Positions 47,818-57,852 of a stretch of 64,000 nucleotides of DNA are shown piece by piece (position 1 is the first letter of the stretch; each line of letters opens with the position of its first letter). Below the pieces are notes generated by a model, which was given only the letters and a program-made list of their open reading frames with translations, had not been told where the DNA came from and made no database searches. Source of the stretch: Promethearchaeota archaeon. Its GTDB lineage: Archaea; Asgardarchaeota; Lokiarchaeia; Sigyniarchaeales; SOKP01. The translations under genes were made by a program, and so were the position numbers. The stretch covers positions 64,001-128,000 of the forward strand of contig JAHLWP010000003.1 of assembly GCA_019057865.1 (NCBI GenBank), in the 5' to 3' direction.

Positions 47818-48774
47818 TTATTTTCGAGGATCTCCTAAAATATCTACTAAAAGATGATATTTTTTTCTTATCGTTGTACTCGAAAATTTGGTTGTTTCTT
47901 CAATAAGACTTTGAGTAAAAATTTTCCGTTCTTTATCTAAAGTTTGACCAATATAATAAATCAATCCTGCAGTGAAGGCTTTATAATTTAAATTTTTTAA
48001 ATGATCATAAGAGATATTTATGAGATACTCATCTACCATTAGCATCATGTCTAGTTTTAATTTATTAAACTGTTCTTCTGTTTTGATTTGATCAGAAACT
48101 TTCTCAAAGGCAATTACATTTAAACCTTTTTGAAATACAATTTTTATTTTGTTTTTAATGTCTTTTTCGATATCTGAAACGTTCTTATACTTTTTATTTA
48201 ACATTTTCTCAGTTCGCTTCACTTTTAGCATAGCATTATTCAGCATTTTCTTATTTACCTTATGACCTAACTCCCTTGAAGCTTTAATAAATGATTCAAT
48301 TCGAATATTAGTTGTATCTTTAATTTCCATCCAAACAATAGCTAAAAAAATAATTACCATATTCTGATATGTATGTCTATGATATTTATTGTATTTCAGA
48401 TACCTATCCTTAACAGTTTGGTATTTAATTGAATCTATATTCAATCCAATTCCATAACTCTTAAGAAGATCAATTGTTTTTTTTTGTTCAGTAAAATCAG
48501 ATTCATAATCACGAAACCATTTCTCAAGTGTTTTTATTCGTTCATATTTTTCTTTGATGATGGGATCTTGGAGTGCCTTGGAATCACTAATTCTAATTCT
48601 CCTTTCATAATCTCTCTGTGAATCAGAATCACTAACATATAGATTATCTTCGAATATTACATTTTCATCTAAGATTAGACCACAATCTTGGCAAACATAA
48701 AATCCTGCATCTTTCTTAATGTTTTTATGTTGACAACTTGAGATTTCCGGATTATTTTCTTTCCTATTTTTCAA
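47818..48774 (-). CDS. Divergent TFB/TFIIB-like protein (Zn ribbon + cyclin-like repeats)
   Basis: CQH...VCQDCGLIL ribbon; AFTAGLIY and TQSLI...SSTTIRKKY C-terminal HTH. Confidence 0.7.
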   Translation of the reverse strand: MKNRKENNPEISSCQHKNIKKDAGFYVCQDCGLILDENVIFEDNLYVSDSDSQRDYERRIRISDSKALQDPIIKEKYERIKTLEKWFRDYESDFTEQKKTIDLLKSYGIGLNIDSIKYQTVKDRYLKYNKYHRHTYQNMVIIFLAIVWMEIKDTTNIRIESFIKASRELGHKVNKKMLNNAMLKVKRTEKMLNKKYKNVSDIEKDIKNKIKIVFQKGLNVIAFEKVSDQIKTEEQFNKLKLDMMLMVDEYLINISYDHLKNLNYKAFTAGLIYYIGQTLDKERKIFTQSLIEETTKFSSTTIRKKYHLLVDILGDPRK

Positions 48775-48933
48775 AAAAAACTCAATTAATGAATTTAATT
48801 AGTTTTAAATAGATTTTCTTTAAAAATAATAATATATAAAAATTTTTATAAACTTCAAAAACAATAATAAGTAAAAATATAATGAAATAAAAAATTTTTC
48901 TTACTTTTTTAAAAATTGAAGGTGAATTAAAAA

Positions 48934-49497
48934 ATGGAATACAAAGCTGTTGTAAAAGCTATTGAAATTATTAGTGCTTATTTAATTATTCTTTCAATAA
49001 TGGAACTTGTTTTTATTGTTTCATTACTTTTTACAGAAGTTAATGTTGTTCCAGAGATTCTCCTTTTACATGAATTAATCTTCTCTTCAGATTTTATATC
49101 AATTTCTGGATCGTTATTATGGGTATTTTTAATAATTTGTATGGTGTTTTTCCTAATTCTAGGAATTCATATGCTTAGATTTGCACTAAATAATAAGATT
49201 GAAAGTAAACCATTAGCAAAATATCTAGTAGTGCTGGGTATGGTAATGTTATTAGGGGCATTTGTTAAAATGGATTATCTAGTTTTGTTGGGAAAAACAA
49301 ATGTAGACACAGTTTTAGGTTCTATACCATTTCAAACTGCTCTTTATGATTCTACTATTACTCCTTTTATAGCTGGTGTTTTTTGGGTATTTTTTATATC
49401 CGTCATATGTTGTTTCTTAATTACAGGTGTAATAGTAACTACTGCTGGAATAAAATGGACATCATTAATTGAAAGAGAAAAACATTCAAATTCGTAA
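48934..49497 (+). CDS. Hypothetical 4-TM membrane protein
   Basis: Four hydrophobic segments; AGGTGA SD. Confidence 0.7.
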   Translation: MEYKAVVKAIEIISAYLIILSIMELVFIVSLLFTEVNVVPEILLLHELIFSSDFISISGSLLWVFLIICMVFFLILGIHMLRFALNNKIESKPLAKYLVVLGMVMLLGAFVKMDYLVLLGKTNVDTVLGSIPFQTALYDSTITPFIAGVFWVFFISVICCFLITGVIVTTAGIKWTSLIEREKHSNS

Positions 49498-49569
49498 AAT
49501 AATTATAAATTAGAAAAAAATATTTATTCAAAGTAAATTAAATAAATGGCTCAGAATTATAATATCTAT

Positions 49570-50496
49570 TCAGATTAGCTTATTTTTTATTTGTTTCGCA
49601 CGGGAGCGCAACGTTACTTCGGTAATTTTTGCAATGTCCGCTACAAGAGATTGGGTTTTTCTAATCAAACCATCCTTTGCTGCGATATAGATACAAGCTG
49701 CTGCTAAACCTTTAGGATCCTTACCAGTTCTTTTTAATCCATTTCTAGAAGCCATTCTTAACATATTGATAGCTTTTTTTTGAATCTTTATAGGTAGTTC
49801 TAATTCGTTTCCAAATCGAAATACTAAACTTTCAGCAGTAATTGGCTGATATCTTAGCTTTAGCTCCGGTAAAACTTCACGAATTATCATTGCCAGACTT
49901 CTATGAACCGTTCTTCTTGGTGTTAATGACGCCTCACATACCTCATCTAGTAATCGTGGAAAATCATGCACTCTAATTGCCGCATATAAAGACCCTGCAA
50001 TAAATCCATTAATTGATCTTCCCATAGTTAATTTCTTTCTCGCTACAATACTATATATCTTCCATGCTGTTTCTGCGATATATTCAGGTATGTTAAGCTT
50101 TGAAGTAAGCATTTTTAATTTAGGTTTAGCTTCCCAAAAATTTCTTTCAATACTACTTATGAGTGAATTTTGGATTTTTGATAAACGAGAAAAAAGAGCT
50201 TGTTCTTTTGGTCCTATTGATTTACCTTTCGAATCTGTCTTAGTAGTAGGTAACATTGTCCTTGGACCAAAATCTCTCCATCTAGGCTCAGTTCTACGTC
50301 GATTTTGTATTTCTTCGATAGTATATGCTCTCCTTTCGTTCCCAACAAATGTTCTTTCAAAAATAATTCCGCAATTTAAGCAAACTTTATTTCCATCTCG
50401 GGCTTCAATGCTCGGATTATCACAACATTGAATCTGAGGTAAATTATCTTGATCAATATTTTTATTTCTTATTAAATGACGATAATTGGTATTCAT
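49570..50496 (-). CDS. tfb: Transcription initiation factor IIB
   Basis: Zn ribbon VCLNCG, ERRAY, LTMGRS, PRLLDE, GKDPKGLAAACIYIA and TQ..VA..A.ITEVTLRSR. Confidence 0.92.
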   Translation of the reverse strand: MNTNYRHLIRNKNIDQDNLPQIQCCDNPSIEARDGNKVCLNCGIIFERTFVGNERRAYTIEEIQNRRRTEPRWRDFGPRTMLPTTKTDSKGKSIGPKEQALFSRLSKIQNSLISSIERNFWEAKPKLKMLTSKLNIPEYIAETAWKIYSIVARKKLTMGRSINGFIAGSLYAAIRVHDFPRLLDEVCEASLTPRRTVHRSLAMIIREVLPELKLRYQPITAESLVFRFGNELELPIKIQKKAINMLRMASRNGLKRTGKDPKGLAAACIYIAAKDGLIRKTQSLVADIAKITEVTLRSRAKQIKNKLI

Positions 50497-50788
50497 TTTA
50501 ATTCCTGGAGCATATTATATGGGTAATATTAGCTTTTCAAAATTTTATATTACAAAAATAGACCTTATTATACATTTAATAGAATATATTATTCCAGTTA
50601 CACTTTTAAATCTTTGCTTCAAATCTTTGCTTTTTAGTTTTTTTTTTATTTACCTTAAAAGAGAAAATCCTTGGAGCAATAATATTTTTCAAATTTAAAG
50701 CACATTTTTGTTATTTTGTTTAATATCTACAAAAAAAGCAGATGTAATAAGTAAAAAATAAATTGAATTCAATAATTATTGTTTTATT

Positions 50789-52507
50789 ATGAAAATTGCT
50801 AGAATTAATGTTAACACAGAATCAATTGAATTCGAAGAAATAACGAAAGATACAAAATTTTACTTATTGGGAGCAAGAGGATTAACTTCTCAAATTATTC
50901 ATGATGAAGTTCCACCTTTATGTGATCCCTTAAGTGAAAAAAATAAATTGATCATATCGAATGGTTTGCTCACTGGAAGCCCTTTTCCTAATTCTGGTCG
51001 TACATCTATAGGAGCAAAAAGTCCTCTTACTAATGGTATAAAAGAAGCAAATGTTGGAGGGCGTCCCTCAATGATGTTAGCCTCTCATGGAATTAGAGCT
51101 TTAGTTTTAGATGAAATATCCGCTAACTTAAAATTAATTTTAATAGATGATGATGGTATAAAATTCAAATCTGCTAATAAATATAAGGGATTAGGAAATT
51201 ATAAATTGCATTCTAAATTAAGAGAAAAATACGGAGAAAGAATTGGAATTTATTCTATTGGACCTGCTGGAGAACAAATGATGAGGGCTGCTAGTATTGC
51301 TGCAAATGATTTAGAAGGTTATCCAAGCCGACAAGCAGCGAGAGGTGGTTTAGGTGCGGTAATGGGATCTAAAAGAATTAAAGCCATTATTATTTTTCCA
51401 GCAAAAGGTTCAAAAGTTAAGATACACGATATTAAAAAATTCAGAGAAATATCAAAACCATTTGCTCAAAATTTAGCAGAATCGAGAAAAACTTTTTCGA
51501 TTTATGGTACTCCATTAATGACAAAAGCAATGAGTGTACATGGAGGTTTACCTACCAAGAATTTTCGAATGGGTTCATTTGATGGGGTAGATGATATATC
51601 TGGAGAAAGACTACATGAGTTAGTTATAGCCAGAAATGGGAAAAAAAGAGTTTCGTGTAGCCCAACGTGTGTAATTAAATGCTCAAACATCATTGTTGAT
51701 GAGAATGGAAATCATATTACATCTAGTTTAGAATATGAAACAATAGCTCTAAATGGTTCTAACTTGATGATAGACAATCTTGATCATTTAGCAAAAATTG
51801 ATCATTTATGTGATGACATTGGTATTGATACGATTGAGTTCGGTGTAACCATGGGGGTAGCAATGGATAATGACAAAGTTAATTGGGGAGACGCTGATAA
51901 AGTTTTTGAAATACTAGAAGAAATAAGAAAAGGTTCCGAAATTGGACAACTATATGGAAATGGAGTTGTAAATTTAGGAAATAAAATCAATGCCATTCGA
52001 GTTCCTCAGGTTAAAGGACAAGGCATTTCAGGTTATGATCCAAGAGTTTTCAAAGGAATGAGTGTAACTTATGCAACTTCTCCTATGGGAGCCGATCATA
52101 CTTCTGGAGCAGCAATTGCAGGAAGAGTTGCCAGTCAAGTTAAAGATTATGGTGAATTAACTGAGAATGAGGGAAAATTAGAATTATCTTATGAATTGCA
52201 AGTTTATACAACGGTTTTAGATTCAATGGGTTGTTGTTATTTCATTGGACCTAGTTATGAAAATATGAATATAGTAACAGGAGCTATTAATGCTATGTAT
52301 AGTTTGAATTTAAGTAGAGAAGATGTTATAGACATAGGGAAACAAATTTTAAGAACAGAGCTTGAGTTTAACAACAAGGCAGGTTTAACACAGGAAACAA
52401 ATGAACTTCCTTCATTTTTTAGGGAAGAACCCTCTGAGCCATTGCAATTAAAAGTATCGTTTCCAAAAGAGGAATTTAAAAATTTCTGGAAAAAATTAGA
52501 TGAATAA
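50789..52507 (+). CDS. aor: Aldehyde:ferredoxin oxidoreductase (tungstopterin family)
   Basis: KSPLTNGIKEAN.GG, IGPAGE, RGGLGAVMGSK, EYET, CDDIGIDTI and YDPR. Confidence 0.9.
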   Translation: MKIARINVNTESIEFEEITKDTKFYLLGARGLTSQIIHDEVPPLCDPLSEKNKLIISNGLLTGSPFPNSGRTSIGAKSPLTNGIKEANVGGRPSMMLASHGIRALVLDEISANLKLILIDDDGIKFKSANKYKGLGNYKLHSKLREKYGERIGIYSIGPAGEQMMRAASIAANDLEGYPSRQAARGGLGAVMGSKRIKAIIIFPAKGSKVKIHDIKKFREISKPFAQNLAESRKTFSIYGTPLMTKAMSVHGGLPTKNFRMGSFDGVDDISGERLHELVIARNGKKRVSCSPTCVIKCSNIIVDENGNHITSSLEYETIALNGSNLMIDNLDHLAKIDHLCDDIGIDTIEFGVTMGVAMDNDKVNWGDADKVFEILEEIRKGSEIGQLYGNGVVNLGNKINAIRVPQVKGQGISGYDPRVFKGMSVTYATSPMGADHTSGAAIAGRVASQVKDYGELTENEGKLELSYELQVYTTVLDSMGCCYFIGPSYENMNIVTGAINAMYSLNLSREDVIDIGKQILRTELEFNNKAGLTQETNELPSFFREEPSEPLQLKVSFPKEEFKNFWKKLDE

Positions 52508-53056
52508 TTAAATATAGGTTAATAAACCCTTTTTTTTCATATTTAATTCTGAAATAATAATAAATACTATTCCTGTAGTTATAAAAATTAATGGGATTAG
52601 AGTATAATAATAAATAATTAATAATTTAATTCCATAAATTAGAGATAATAAAACATAACCAACTCCACTAAAAAAGAAAATCACTTTTTCTTTTTTATAA
52701 AGACTAAGACAGAAATGCCAGCATACAATAATGAGAAGATTTGAAATTACTTTAGAAATAAATGCAAAAAAAACAGAATTGGTAGAGCTAAGAAGGAATG
52801 CTATTATAATTAAAAATATAGAAAAGCATGATAAGACTAGAAATATCTGAAAAAAATGGTCTACAAAAAAGTTTTTTTCTAATTTTAAGAAAAACGAAAG
52901 GAAAAACCATGATATTTCAATTAAAATCAAAAGAATGCTTATTAAAGGGTCACCTACAACAAGAATATCTAAAAAAATGGAAATTGTAAAACCAATTAAA
53001 ATTAGCATCATACCAATTATCCGAAATAGGCTCTCTCTTTTTGCTTGAATACCCAT
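52508..53056 (-). CDS. Hypothetical multi-TM membrane protein
   Basis: About 6 hydrophobic segments. Confidence 0.65.
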   Translation of the reverse strand: MGIQAKRESLFRIIGMMLILIGFTISIFLDILVVGDPLISILLILIEISWFFLSFFLKLEKNFFVDHFFQIFLVLSCFSIFLIIIAFLLSSTNSVFFAFISKVISNLLIIVCWHFCLSLYKKEKVIFFFSGVGYVLLSLIYGIKLLIIYYYTLIPLIFITTGIVFIIISELNMKKKGLLTYI

Positions 53057-53235
53057 TTTTTTAAATAATTCTATTTTTTAAAATTTTTCTTTTAATTTTA
53101 TATAAAACGTTATTCGATGTAAATTAATTGATAGCTTTATTAATTTTGAAAGCTATTTTGAATTATTATTATAAATGATTCTTTTATGCTTTATCCTTAA
53201 AAGGCAATAAGGGATGAATATATTTTAAAGAGTAA

Positions 53236-54621
53236 ATGTTGGTACTTATGGATAAAGAAAAAGTTTTGAAGGATTTAGAAGATATTGTTGGCAAGGATTT
53301 TGTTTCAAATAAAGCTGAGGATCTTTATATATATTCTCAAGATCCTGGAGCTTCATTACCAAGACCAGTTGATTTTGTCGTAATATCAAGTACCGTAGAT
53401 GAAATCCAAAAACTAGTTCGATTAGCTAATGAACATAAAATTCCTTTAGTCCCTTTAGGAGGAGGATTAACTCTTAGCGGTTTAGTGATCCCTGTAAATG
53501 GTGGAATTGTAGTTGATATGAAAAGGATGAATAAAATCATAGAAATAAATGAATTAAGTAAATATGCCCTAATTGAAGCAGGAGTTACTTCAGGACAGTT
53601 GCTTTCACATCTAAATGAAAACTATCCAAATTTACAACCTCCCATTCCAGATGCGCCTCCCTCAGCCACTATTGCTGGAAATGTACTCATTCATGGTTCA
53701 GGATATTTATCTCAAAAGTATGGCGATCATGGAGCCATGATAAATGGTTTAGAAGTTGTTTTACCAGATGGTGAAGTCTGTAAACTTGGTTCCTGCGCAG
53801 TTTCTAAGTTTTGGTTTGCAAGAGGACCTATCCCAGATCTTATTGGTTTATTTATTAGTTCATTTGGTACTATGGGAATTATTACTAAACTCTCAATTCA
53901 ATTGTTTGATAAACCAAAATTTAGAGAAGTTGTTTTTGGTTTATTGAAAGATCCAAAAGATATCCCTAATATTCTCTTAAAAATTACTGAAACTGGCTTA
54001 GCTGAGGATGTTATACTTGGAATGCAAGACAAACCTGATTGGATGAAAGGTTATGTTTTTGTTATTGCTTATGTAACAGGTGAATCTCAAGAAGAGATAG
54101 ATTCTCATATCAAAAGCTTTAAACGTGTATATCGTAAAGCTAAAGCAAGATATATGAAGATTCCTGATAGAATTAGAACAGCTTATTTAGAAAAGCCAAT
54201 ATTTGCAGCAACAGCAGCAGATTATAGAAAAGGCGGTGGTTTTGAATACGTTGGAGCAAATATGCCTCTAGAAAATATTCCTGAAGCCTATAAGAGAGGT
54301 ACTGAAATCTCAAAAAAATATGGAATCATACCAACATTAGGATCAAGGCTGATTGGAGGAACTCACAATATTTTAATGTTTTTTTCTTATTCATTTAACC
54401 GTGCGGATCCTAAAGATATGGAAAATGCTAGAAATGCTTTACATGAAACTAATAAATTAGCTTTGGAGTTAGGAGGGATTCCTTGGAAAGCAGAATTAGC
54501 AGGACAACAATTAATTCTTGAAAAAATGGACCCTAACTATAAAAAATTGTTTAACACAATACGAAGCACTCTCGATCCAAATAGAATAATGAATCCAGGA
54601 AATTGGGAGGTGAATAAATAA
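53236..54621 (+). CDS. FAD-linked oxidase/dehydrogenase (GlcD-like)
   Basis: P.GGG..LSG, EAGV, ATIAGN, GLEVVLPDGE, GTMGIIT and DPNRIMNPG. Confidence 0.88.
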   Translation: MLVLMDKEKVLKDLEDIVGKDFVSNKAEDLYIYSQDPGASLPRPVDFVVISSTVDEIQKLVRLANEHKIPLVPLGGGLTLSGLVIPVNGGIVVDMKRMNKIIEINELSKYALIEAGVTSGQLLSHLNENYPNLQPPIPDAPPSATIAGNVLIHGSGYLSQKYGDHGAMINGLEVVLPDGEVCKLGSCAVSKFWFARGPIPDLIGLFISSFGTMGIITKLSIQLFDKPKFREVVFGLLKDPKDIPNILLKITETGLAEDVILGMQDKPDWMKGYVFVIAYVTGESQEEIDSHIKSFKRVYRKAKARYMKIPDRIRTAYLEKPIFAATAADYRKGGGFEYVGANMPLENIPEAYKRGTEISKKYGIIPTLGSRLIGGTHNILMFFSYSFNRADPKDMENARNALHETNKLALELGGIPWKAELAGQQLILEKMDPNYKKLFNTIRSTLDPNRIMNPGNWEVNK

Positions 54622-55793
54622 TTACAATAACAGAAAAACAAGATTGGAAAGACATTATTCATAGATGCTTTCGCTGTGGTTATTGTAAATTTACTCACGA
54701 TTATTCTGATTTTAATTGTCCAAGTTATAAAAAGTACAGGTTTGAAACTTATAGTACAGGAGGAAGATTGTGGCTTATTTATGGCATTATAAGTGGTGAG
54801 ATTCCTTGGAGTCAAGGACTCGCTAATGTGATTTATGCTTGTAGCACATGTGGCAATTGTATTGAGAATTGTAGATTCGAAAAATTTAATGATTTTCTAG
54901 TTGATATGATTGAGGCCGCTCGAGCTGAAGCAGTTAATAGTGGATTTTGTCCTGAGAGACAAAAAGCTCTATTAGAAAGAACTATAAATTCAGAAAAGTA
55001 TAATCCATATGATGAGCCTAATTCTGATAATGAACATCTAAAAAAAAAGTATAATTTACCTGATGAAGCAGAATGGGTTTATTTTATAGGATGTACCTCT
55101 AATTATCGTCAAAAAAATCTAAGGGATGCAACTCTAAGATTCCTTAAAAAAGCAAATATTAATTTCACATTGATCGATGAACATTGTTGTTGTAGTCCTA
55201 TAATACGAACAGGGCAAATAAGTCCCGTAAAAGATTTTATAAATTATAATATTGCTCAAATTAACAATACTGGAGCTAAAAAAGTAATTACTTCATGTGC
55301 TGGTTGTTATCGAACATTGAAAAAAGACTGGATAAAATTTGGAGCGGATTATGGTTTTGAAATATATCACACGGTTGAATTAGTTAAACAGTTATTAGAT
55401 GAAGAGAAATTAAAATTTAAATCTGAATATAAACAGACTCTTACTTATCATGATCCTTGTCATATAGGCAGACATATGGGATTATATGAGGTCCCTAGGG
55501 ATGTTTATAAACAAATTCCAGGAATTAACTTTGTTGAGATGAAAAGAAATAAAGAAAATGCATGGTGTTGTGGAGCGGGTGGTGGAGTCAAGATTGGATA
55601 TCCAGATTGGGCTCTTGAAATCTCAAAAGAAAGGCTTGAAGAAGCGAAAGAAACAGGAGCGACGGTAATATCATCAGTATGTCCCTTTTGTTCTACCAAT
55701 TTAAATGATTCCAATGATGAATTCAATATGGGTTTTGAAGTAATAGATTTAATAGAGATATTAGATAGGTTAGATTTTGAGATTATTGAGTAA
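54621..55793 (+). CDS. GlcF/HdrD-like Fe-S oxidoreductase subunit (4Fe-4S + CCG domains; probable ATT/ATA start)
   Basis: The in-frame region before the track start encodes HRCFRCGYC...NCP, followed by CSTCGNC...C, YHDPCH and CCGAGGG. GGAGGTGA SD at 54606; no canonical start before TTG 54768. Confidence 0.88.
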   Translation: MTITEKQDWKDIIHRCFRCGYCKFTHDYSDFNCPSYKKYRFETYSTGGRLWLIYGIISGEIPWSQGLANVIYACSTCGNCIENCRFEKFNDFLVDMIEAARAEAVNSGFCPERQKALLERTINSEKYNPYDEPNSDNEHLKKKYNLPDEAEWVYFIGCTSNYRQKNLRDATLRFLKKANINFTLIDEHCCCSPIIRTGQISPVKDFINYNIAQINNTGAKKVITSCAGCYRTLKKDWIKFGADYGFEIYHTVELVKQLLDEEKLKFKSEYKQTLTYHDPCHIGRHMGLYEVPRDVYKQIPGINFVEMKRNKENAWCCGAGGGVKIGYPDWALEISKERLEEAKETGATVISSVCPFCSTNLNDSNDEFNMGFEVIDLIEILDRLDFEIIE

Positions 55794-55872
55794 TTATAGT
55801 AATTAAAATAGTTTTTTTTCTTAATTTTACCTATAATACAATCAATTTTTAATTTAATGATTATACTCTAAG

Positions 55873-56751
55873 GTGGTTTTTAAGTTGAGAATAGGAGCTC
55901 ATATGAGTGTTACAGGTGGCAAATATATGGCATTTGTAAGGGGTCAAGAACTCGGATGTGAGACAATTCAAGTTTTTGTTAGAAATGTTCGAGGTTGGGT
56001 CTCTAAACCTCTAGAACAAAATGATATTGATGATTTTGTCAAAAAAAAAGATGAATTAAAAAATGAGATTTGGCCAGTTATTTCACATAATAGTTATTTG
56101 ATAAATTTAGCAAGCATTGATGATGAGAAACTAGAAAAATCTTATATTGCTATGTTAGATGAACTTGTAAAAGTAAATCAATTAGGTATTGAATATGAAA
56201 ATATGCATCCTGGAGTTATTCCTATAAGTGATAAAAAAGAAATTTCTAAAAAGGAAGCATTAATTCAAATAGCTAATCAATTAAATAACTTAATAGATGA
56301 GACAAAAGATTCTAAAGTGAGAATTTTATTGGAAACGACTGCTGGCCAAGGTAAGGGATTAGGTAATAAATTTCATCACTTTAAAACTATCTTTGACAAT
56401 ATAAAGAATAAAGACAGAATAGGTATTTGCTTTGATACAGCACATTCATTTGCAGCTGGCTATGATTTCTCTTCTAAACAAAAATATAATGAAATGTGGG
56501 ATGAATTTGATGACATAATTGGATTGAAATACCTTTTTGCTTTTCACCTAAATGATACTGATAAAGAACTAGGCTCTAGAGTTGATCGGCATACGCATAT
56601 AGGACAAGGTAAAATTGGAAAAGAACCTTTTGGATTTTTTATCAATGATGATAGATTTGAAAATCATCCCGGAATTTTAGAAACTCCTAAAGGAAAAGAT
56701 ATGAAAGATGATATTATGAACCTAACGATTCTTAAATCTTTAAGAAAATAA
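55873..56751 (+). CDS. nfo: Endonuclease IV (AP endonuclease 2)
   Basis: IGAHMS, H.SYLINLAS, HPG, LETTAGQG, CFDTAH, HLND, DRH and ILETP. Confidence 0.95.
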   Translation: MVFKLRIGAHMSVTGGKYMAFVRGQELGCETIQVFVRNVRGWVSKPLEQNDIDDFVKKKDELKNEIWPVISHNSYLINLASIDDEKLEKSYIAMLDELVKVNQLGIEYENMHPGVIPISDKKEISKKEALIQIANQLNNLIDETKDSKVRILLETTAGQGKGLGNKFHHFKTIFDNIKNKDRIGICFDTAHSFAAGYDFSSKQKYNEMWDEFDDIIGLKYLFAFHLNDTDKELGSRVDRHTHIGQGKIGKEPFGFFINDDRFENHPGILETPKGKDMKDDIMNLTILKSLRK

Positions 56752-56754
56752 AAA

Positions 56755-57162
56755 TTATTCCTCAACATTAAACCAAACAGGGCTTTTATCATTAACAAGT
56801 CCATTATAATTCATTGTTAATTCTTCATCCTTAGAAATATCTCTTATTGTTATGAATTTTATAGAATCATTTTTATAATGATACTCATATCTAACATTAG
56901 GAGTATAAGAATGATTCATAAACTGACAGATACTCATAGCAAGAGCCATTTTGTATTTTGATTTATATTTTGGATTTTCCCATATAAAACAATAATTTGA
57001 AACGATAGTTTTATCAATTAGTTCATAATCTTTATTAGAAATTAAGATAACGTTAGCAACGTCAATAATAGTTTTTTTCTTAATTTGCTGTTTAGCAAAT
57101 AATCCTTTTCCTTTCTTAGTAGATATATATTTAACTTCTATTAAATTATTCATCGATTTCAA
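56755..57162 (-). CDS. SET domain protein-lysine methyltransferase (minimal)
   Basis: KGKGLFA, FMNHS..PN and RDI..DEELT.NY. Confidence 0.88.
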   Translation of the reverse strand: MKSMNNLIEVKYISTKKGKGLFAKQQIKKKTIIDVANVILISNKDYELIDKTIVSNYCFIWENPKYKSKYKMALAMSICQFMNHSYTPNVRYEYHYKNDSIKFITIRDISKDEELTMNYNGLVNDKSPVWFNVEE

Positions 57163-57245
57163 CTAATTATTTAAATGTACAATTATATACTTAAGTTTTT
57201 ATTATTTAAATTGAAGATATAATACATATGAGTTTGACTTCGCAT

Positions 57246-57833
57246 TTATTCAATTGAAGCATGACGTTTATCAATATCATTTTCAGAAACGTTTAAAACA
57301 TTCATTAAAACACTTCCAATTGCATCTAAAACCGATAATGTAGAAATGTCAAATAAGCTTGTATAGGGAGCAAGAGATTCCTTAGTTATTGCTACATCTT
57401 TACTCTTTCCTATAACTTCTATAACTATATCACTTAATTTTCCAATTGAACTATCGGGTTTTGTAGTAAATAATATAATTTTTCCACCAATTTCATTAGC
57501 ATTTTTTGCTATTGCGACGGGGGATGCTGTCTCTCCGCTGCCACTAATTATAATAAGGAGATCTTTTTTAGTATAACGAGGTGTAACGGCATCAGAAATA
57601 AAGCAAGAATTAATATCTAAATGCATTAATCTTTGAGCAAAACAACGCCCTATAAAACCAGATCTCCCTGCCCCATAAACAAATACCTTATTATTTTCAG
57701 ATTTTATTGTAAAAATGAGATTAACTAATTTCAATATCTTATCAAAATCAATCGTATCGGAATTTATATTGATTTGATTGCCAATTTCAAGTAAGGTTTT
57801 TTTGAATCTATCATAGATCTTATTCTTTTCCAT
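57246..57833 (-). CDS. hxlB: 6-phospho-3-hexuloisomerase (SIS domain)
   Basis: VYGAGRSG, FAQRLMHL, ISGSGET and RHASIE C-terminus. Start moved to MEKNK. Confidence 0.85.
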   Translation of the reverse strand: MEKNKIYDRFKKTLLEIGNQININSDTIDFDKILKLVNLIFTIKSENNKVFVYGAGRSGFIGRCFAQRLMHLDINSCFISDAVTPRYTKKDLLIIISGSGETASPVAIAKNANEIGGKIILFTTKPDSSIGKLSDIVIEVIGKSKDVAITKESLAPYTSLFDISTLSVLDAIGSVLMNVLNVSENDIDKRHASIE

Positions 57834-57852
57834 GTTCCATCTCATCGAAATT

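Noticed and set aside
2956-57162. Macro, HDAC, GNAT and SET genes as a chromatin-modification system
   Set aside because: They are scattered over more than 50 kb, all are widespread prokaryotic families, and no histone gene is in the window.
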